Of a DNA stretch of 40,428 nucleotides, positions 35,951 through 40,428 are shown piece by piece. The DNA comes from a virus. Its lineage: Duplodnaviria; Caudoviricetes. Under the pieces are notes generated by a model that saw nothing but the letters and a program-made list of their open reading frames with translations, did not search any database and was not told the DNA's origin. Made by a program: the position numbers and the translations under genes. Each line of letters begins with the position of its first letter. Within the stretch, counting starts at the first letter, position 1. The DNA lies in IMG/VR virus record IMGVR_UViG_3300005805_000180, positions 1 to 40,428 of that record; one strand, written 5' to 3'.

Positions 35951-37150
35951 ATGGCTTCAATTATTCTAAGACAATCTAATGTAATCTCAAGCCCAGGTGC
36001 TACGATTAAAGGATCACCTCTGTCAAATTCAGAGGTTGATAATAACTTTGCCAATCTTAATGTGCAAGTTAGTGATCTTTCAAACACAGTATCTACTCTT
36101 GTTACATCAGAAATTAGTAACGGCACTAGTAATGTTACTATCACTACAGCTAATGGTCCGGTCAGAGTTTCCACAACATTCCAGCCTTTGGTTGGTAACA
36201 TCTATGATTTAGGTTCTGCTACAAGTAGATTTGACGATGCGTTCCTTAGTGGTAACGTCGATATTAAGGGAACAAGAATCAGCGTAGATGCTGGTGGTAA
36301 TATTCTCATTGGTGGTAACATTGCAATCAGCAGTACTGGTGCATTTATCGGCACTATGTCTGGTGATATTGATGTTTCTTCAGCAATTGGTGCTGGTGAG
36401 ATTACTTCAGACAAGATCGCAAATGCAGCGGTTACAGCCGAAAAGATTGCAACTGGTGCTGTTGGTTCTACACAGCTTGCATCAACCGGCGTATCAGCGG
36501 CTACTTACGGTTCATCCACCTCTGTGCCAGTTATTATTATAGATGAAGATGGTCGTATTACTAGTGCATCTAACCAGGGTATAGTAATAGGTTCTTCGCA
36601 GTTGTCTTCCACTGGCGTTACTGCTGCCACATATGGAGGCACAACAGCTGTACCAGTTATTATTGTAGATGAAGATGGTCGTATTACTACTGCTGCAAAT
36701 GCTACAATTTCTGCTGGTGGTACAACAGTAACAATTGCAGATAACACAACATCTTCTGCCACTTTTTATCCAACAATGACAACTGCTACAACTGGCAACG
36801 TGTCAAATGTGACTGTATCTTCTACTAAACTTTATTTTGTTCCAGAGACTGGAACGTTTAATGCCACGGAATTTAATTCATTGTCAGACATTTCAGTAAA
36901 AGAAAATATTATTACAATTACAAGTCCACTTTCTGTAATTGAAAAATTATCAGGTGTAGAATTTAACTGGATAGATTCAAAGAAAAAATCTTCTGGTGTT
37001 GTTGCCCAGGATGTTGAAAAAGTTTTATCTCACTTAGTTAGTAAATCAGAGTCTGGTATGAAGAGTGTAAACTATGATGGTATTATTGCATACTTAATAG
37101 AATCGATAAAAGAGTTAAGTGAAAAAGTTAAGAAGTTAGAGAACAAATGA
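35951..37150 (+). CDS. Tail fibre with a C-terminal S74 intramolecular chaperone
   Basis: KGSPLS..EVDNNF anchor, YDLGS...RF motif, SDISVKENI cleavage motif, GVVAQDVE, VNYDGII..LIESIKEL coiled coil. Confidence 0.85.
   Translation: MASIILRQSNVISSPGATIKGSPLSNSEVDNNFANLNVQVSDLSNTVSTLVTSEISNGTSNVTITTANGPVRVSTTFQPLVGNIYDLGSATSRFDDAFLSGNVDIKGTRISVDAGGNILIGGNIAISSTGAFIGTMSGDIDVSSAIGAGEITSDKIANAAVTAEKIATGAVGSTQLASTGVSAATYGSSTSVPVIIIDEDGRITSASNQGIVIGSSQLSSTGVTAATYGGTTAVPVIIVDEDGRITTAANATISAGGTTVTIADNTTSSATFYPTMTTATTGNVSNVTVSSTKLYFVPETGTFNATEFNSLSDISVKENIITITSPLSVIEKLSGVEFNWIDSKKKSSGVVAQDVEKVLSHLVSKSESGMKSVNYDGIIAYLIESIKELSEKVKKLENK
36464..36700 (+). repeat. Tandem 126-nt (42-aa) repeat within the fibre
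   Basis: GS.QL.STGV.AATYG..T.VPVII.DEDGRIT.A.N occurs twice, starting at 36464 and 36590. Confidence 0.85.
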
Positions 37151-38142
37151 CATACAAAGCAAATAGTAGGGTAGTTGTAAATGCTGGTAGAGAAGCATTT
37201 CTTGCGAATGCCACAGTAACTTCAGTTAATGCTTTTGCTTCTGCTGGATACTATTTTCAAGGTCAGGTAGCTGGATTTTCCGCAGGAGGAAGCAATACTA
37301 ATTCAATTATGAGATTTCCTTTTGCTTCTGATACTAATGCTAATAGTGTTGGGAATTTATCATATGGTGTGAATTCTTCCACTGGACAATCGTCTATATC
37401 TAACGGATATACATCAGGAGGTATTTCACCATCTATTTCACCTGGTTCTATAAATGTAATTCACAAATATCCATTTTCTTCTTCAGCCTCTTCAAGTGAT
37501 GTTGGGGATCTTAGTCAATCTAGATTTAGTTCTGCTGGACAGTCATCTTCAACTAGTGGGTATACATCTAGTGGTCTTAATCCTGGTACTCCTCCTGGAT
37601 TTAATACTATTGATAAATTTCCATTTGCTTCTAACGCTAATGCTACTGATGTTGGGGATATAACTCGATTGAATTGGGCTGTGACTGGTCAGTCTTCTGC
37701 CGAACACGGTTATACCTCTGGTGGTACTCGACAGGTTACATCAACTATAATTGATAGGTTTCCTTTTGCTTCTAACGCTAATGCTACAGATGTTGGCGAT
37801 ATGTCCTATGAGGCAGATGGTCGCCAAACTGGTACATCTTCAACCACACGTGGTTATACTAGTGGAGGTTTTCCAGCTGGAGCTGGATTATTTAACAATA
37901 TAGATAGTTTTACATTTGCTTCTAGTGCAAATGGAACTGATGTCGGAGACTTAATTTCAGGTACTTATGAAGTAGCTGGACACTCATCGACTGTTTCTGG
38001 ATATAATTCTGGAGGTTTCCTCCCATCATTTCCATTTAGTTCAAATGTTATACAAAAATTTCCCTTTGCTACTAATGCTAATGCAACCGACGTAGGGGAT
38101 TTATCTTCAAGCTTGAAGTCAGCTGCTGGCGCACAACACTAA
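37147..38142 (+). CDS. Six-repeat Kelch-like beta-propeller protein, paralog 1
   Basis: Six units of GYTSGG...IDKFPFA...NATDVGDL...GQSS. Confidence 0.75.
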   Translation: MTYKANSRVVVNAGREAFLANATVTSVNAFASAGYYFQGQVAGFSAGGSNTNSIMRFPFASDTNANSVGNLSYGVNSSTGQSSISNGYTSGGISPSISPGSINVIHKYPFSSSASSSDVGDLSQSRFSSAGQSSSTSGYTSSGLNPGTPPGFNTIDKFPFASNANATDVGDITRLNWAVTGQSSAEHGYTSGGTRQVTSTIIDRFPFASNANATDVGDMSYEADGRQTGTSSTTRGYTSGGFPAGAGLFNNIDSFTFASSANGTDVGDLISGTYEVAGHSSTVSGYNSGGFLPSFPFSSNVIQKFPFATNANATDVGDLSSSLKSAAGAQH

Positions 38143-38150
38143 ATATAATC

Positions 38151-39164
38151 ATGACATTCAAAGCATCAGGTAATACATTTTACTCATCCAACGCAGCTTT
38201 TTTTAGCAATGTAACTATTGGCGGTGGCACTCTGTGGGTTGGAGAAGGATTTCAAGGAACGGTTGCTGGTTTTGTTTCTCTAGGTCAAACCAATGCTACA
38301 CCACCAGGTATTGCTAATGGTATAGACAAATTTCCTTTTGCTACATTTTCTGTTGCTTCAAACGTTGGAAATCTTTCCCAAAACAGGTTGTTTACATCTT
38401 CAGGTCATTCTTCTGTAACTCATGGATATACTAGCGCTGGATACACACCAACTGCCCATCTAAACACTATCGATAAATTTCCTTTCGCCATTGCTGGAGG
38501 AACAGCAACAGATGTTGGAGATTTAACTCGTTTAGTGTACGATCCAACAGGAATCTCTTCGACACAACATGGTTACGTAGCGGGAGGATACTTACCGGCG
38601 TTTAACTCCAATGTTATAGATAGGTTTCCTTTTTCTACTGATACTAATGCTTCAGATGTAGGTGACTTGTCTTATCCCAGATTATCTGCAGCCGGTCATT
38701 CTTCATCGTCTAATGGTTATGTAAGTGGTGGGTATAGCTCTCCAGTCCCATCAGTTAATTATATGAATAATATTGATAAATTTCAATTTGCATCTAGTGC
38801 TAATTCCACAGATGTTGGAGATACTACAGTAAGAGCTAGATTTAGAGCTGGACAATCTTCGAAGACGCATGGTTATACATCAGGAGGTGCTATACCTCCT
38901 GGTGATGGCGCTATTAATATTATTGACAAATTCCCATTTGCTACAAACGCTAATTCAACAGACGTTGGGGATTTATCTTTAGTAAGAAGGGGTGTAGCCG
39001 GTATATCATCACAATTATTTGGATTTTCTGCTGGAGGGCGCACTCCTGGATCTCCAGATGAAACAAATATTATAGACAGATTTCCTTTTTCTACTGATAC
39101 TAATGCATCTGACGTTGGAGACCTTTCTGCAGTTAGGCATAGATCAGGTGGTCATCAAGACTAA
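38151..39164 (+). CDS. Six-repeat Kelch-like beta-propeller protein, paralog 2
   Basis: Same repeat unit, FQG.VAG start of the repeat region and QD terminus. Confidence 0.75.
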   Translation: MTFKASGNTFYSSNAAFFSNVTIGGGTLWVGEGFQGTVAGFVSLGQTNATPPGIANGIDKFPFATFSVASNVGNLSQNRLFTSSGHSSVTHGYTSAGYTPTAHLNTIDKFPFAIAGGTATDVGDLTRLVYDPTGISSTQHGYVAGGYLPAFNSNVIDRFPFSTDTNASDVGDLSYPRLSAAGHSSSSNGYVSGGYSSPVPSVNYMNNIDKFQFASSANSTDVGDTTVRARFRAGQSSKTHGYTSGGAIPPGDGAINIIDKFPFATNANSTDVGDLSLVRRGVAGISSQLFGFSAGGRTPGSPDETNIIDRFPFSTDTNASDVGDLSAVRHRSGGHQD

Positions 39165-39170
39165 ACAATC

Positions 39171-40154
39171 ATGACATCATTTAAAATAAACAACGCAATA
39201 ATTTTTGATGCAAACGCTCAGATGTCTGCAACTTCGTTTGAAGTTGACAATGATGTTGGTAATATTGGAGTGTTTAATGAGTTCCAAGGAACAGTGGCTG
39301 GTTACACATCGGGTGGAAGTGCAACAATTACTAACACAATCGACAAATTTCCTTTTGCAGTTGATAGTAATGCTACCGATGTTGGTGATTTGTCGGTAGC
39401 TAGAGCAGATGCATCTGGTCAGTCATCTACTGTTTCTGGTTATACGTCAGGCGGCCGCCCCCCTGCATTAAATACTATTGATAAATTCCCTTTTGCTACC
39501 AATACCAATGCTACTGATGTTGGTGATTTAACACAAGGAAGATATCAAGTTGCTGGTCAATCTTCGTCTACTTCGGGATATGCATCTGGTGGTAGCAGTC
39601 CAACTTTTGTTAACACTATTGACCAATTCCCATTTGCTACCAACGCAAATGCTACTGACGTTGGAGATTTGACAGTAGCAAGATTTGGTTCAGCTGGTCA
39701 ATCTTCGTCTACTTCGGGATATACATCTGGTGGTGGTCCTCCCGCAATAAACACCATCGATAGATTCCCTTTTTCTACCAATGCCAATGCTACTGATGTT
39801 GGTGATTTAACACGAATTACAGTTTCAGTGGCTGGTCAATCTTCTGCTGTTTCTGGTTATACATCAGGTGGTAGTGTATCATCACCTGGAGGTCCATTAG
39901 ACATTAACACTATTGATAAATTCCCTTTTGCTACCAATGCCAATGCTACTGATGTTGGTGATATGACAGTAACTAGAGTTGCCCCTGCAGGACAATCATC
40001 TACTGTTTCTGGGTATAACTCATCAGGGGCTGGTTCTTTAGGTCCATCAATTGGAGAAGTAATTGACAAATTCCCTTTTGCTACTAATGCAAATGCTACT
40101 GATGTTGGTAATTTAACAATACAGGGTATTGGAAAAACTGGAACACAAGACTAA
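39171..40154 (+). CDS. Six-repeat Kelch-like beta-propeller protein, paralog 3
   Basis: Same repeat; units very similar at DNA level (AATGCTACTGATGTTGGTGAT recurs). Confidence 0.75.
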   Translation: MTSFKINNAIIFDANAQMSATSFEVDNDVGNIGVFNEFQGTVAGYTSGGSATITNTIDKFPFAVDSNATDVGDLSVARADASGQSSTVSGYTSGGRPPALNTIDKFPFATNTNATDVGDLTQGRYQVAGQSSSTSGYASGGSSPTFVNTIDQFPFATNANATDVGDLTVARFGSAGQSSSTSGYTSGGGPPAINTIDRFPFSTNANATDVGDLTRITVSVAGQSSAVSGYTSGGSVSSPGGPLDINTIDKFPFATNANATDVGDMTVTRVAPAGQSSTVSGYNSSGAGSLGPSIGEVIDKFPFATNANATDVGNLTIQGIGKTGTQD

Positions 40155-40185
40155 ACCTTAATCTAGATTAACAAAATTTAAGTTA

Positions 40186-40214
40186 TTGACCTCATAAATA
40201 ATAAGCAATATAAT
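40186..40214 (+). promoter_or_regulatory. Sigma70-like promoter with a nested late-like box
   Basis: TTGACC-17 nt-TATAAT; CATAAATA at 40193-40200; GAGG RBS before the ATG at 40241. Confidence 0.6.
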
Positions 40215-40240
40215 ATTGTTTATTTACTTTGAGGATTTGA

Positions 40241-40428
40241 ATGAATCAGTTACATTTTTGTGGTGGTCTTCCTCGTTCTGGGTCCACAGTCTTAATGAAT
40301 ATCTTGCAACAAAATCCAAGAATATTCACCACAGGCACTTGTGCACTTACAGATATAATTTCAACACACATCCTAATTAAGTCTCGTTACAGAGAATCAT
40401 TTCAAGCTATGTCTGTCGACCAAGCAGA
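40241..40428 (+). CDS. Sulfotransferase family protein, 3'-truncated (not in the ORF track)
   Basis: MNQLHFCGGLPRSGSTVLMNILQQNPRI, the PAPS-binding GLPRSGST loop. Confidence 0.8.
   Translation, partial: MNQLHFCGGLPRSGSTVLMNILQQNPRIFTTGTCALTDIISTHILIKSRYRESFQAMSVDQA

Noticed and set aside
37147-40154. CRISPR array or DGR template/variable repeats
   Set aside because: The repeats are degenerate, in-frame protein repeats with synonymous variation. There is no adenine-specific pattern, reverse transcriptase or cas gene in the window.

Overview
This 40.4 kb window is a fragment of a large, AT-rich T4-like (myovirus) phage genome read in the standard genetic code. From 1 to about 12.0 kb (+ strand) it carries nucleotide-metabolism, replication and accessory genes: the nrdB 3' end, dCMP deaminase, a GIY-YIG nuclease, rnh, phoH, an M15 peptidase, a PD-(D/E)XK nuclease, an RmlD-like reductase, a SleB-like hydrolase, gp33, gp59 and gp32. 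From 12.0 to 16.6 kb (- strand) lie gp29-like tape measure, gp51, gp26, gp54, gp2 and gp4. From 16.6 to 40.4 kb (+ strand) lie the baseplate and tail genes (gp48, 53, 27-like, a split gp5, 25, 6, 7, 8), a giant VrlC/DUF4815-like protein, an S74-chaperoned fibre, three paralogous six-repeat propeller-like proteins and the start of a sulfotransferase. The ORF track misses four notable elements. (1) A complete circularly permuted, two-piece tmRNA gene (~8480-8790, tag ANDAYFGDYRLAA) whose terminal pseudoknot is duplicated behind a neighbouring unannotated 52-aa secreted-type protein. (2) A likely -1 frameshift (T TTT TTC) fusing gp26 to gp51 just upstream of the tape measure gene, like lambda G/GT. 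(3) A second candidate -1 frameshift (tandem A AAA AAG) in the gene after rnh. (4) A gp5 spike split into two genes, each ending in a different peptidoglycan hydrolase, with no adjacent PAAR gene. All family assignments come from motif recognition and gene order, not database searches.
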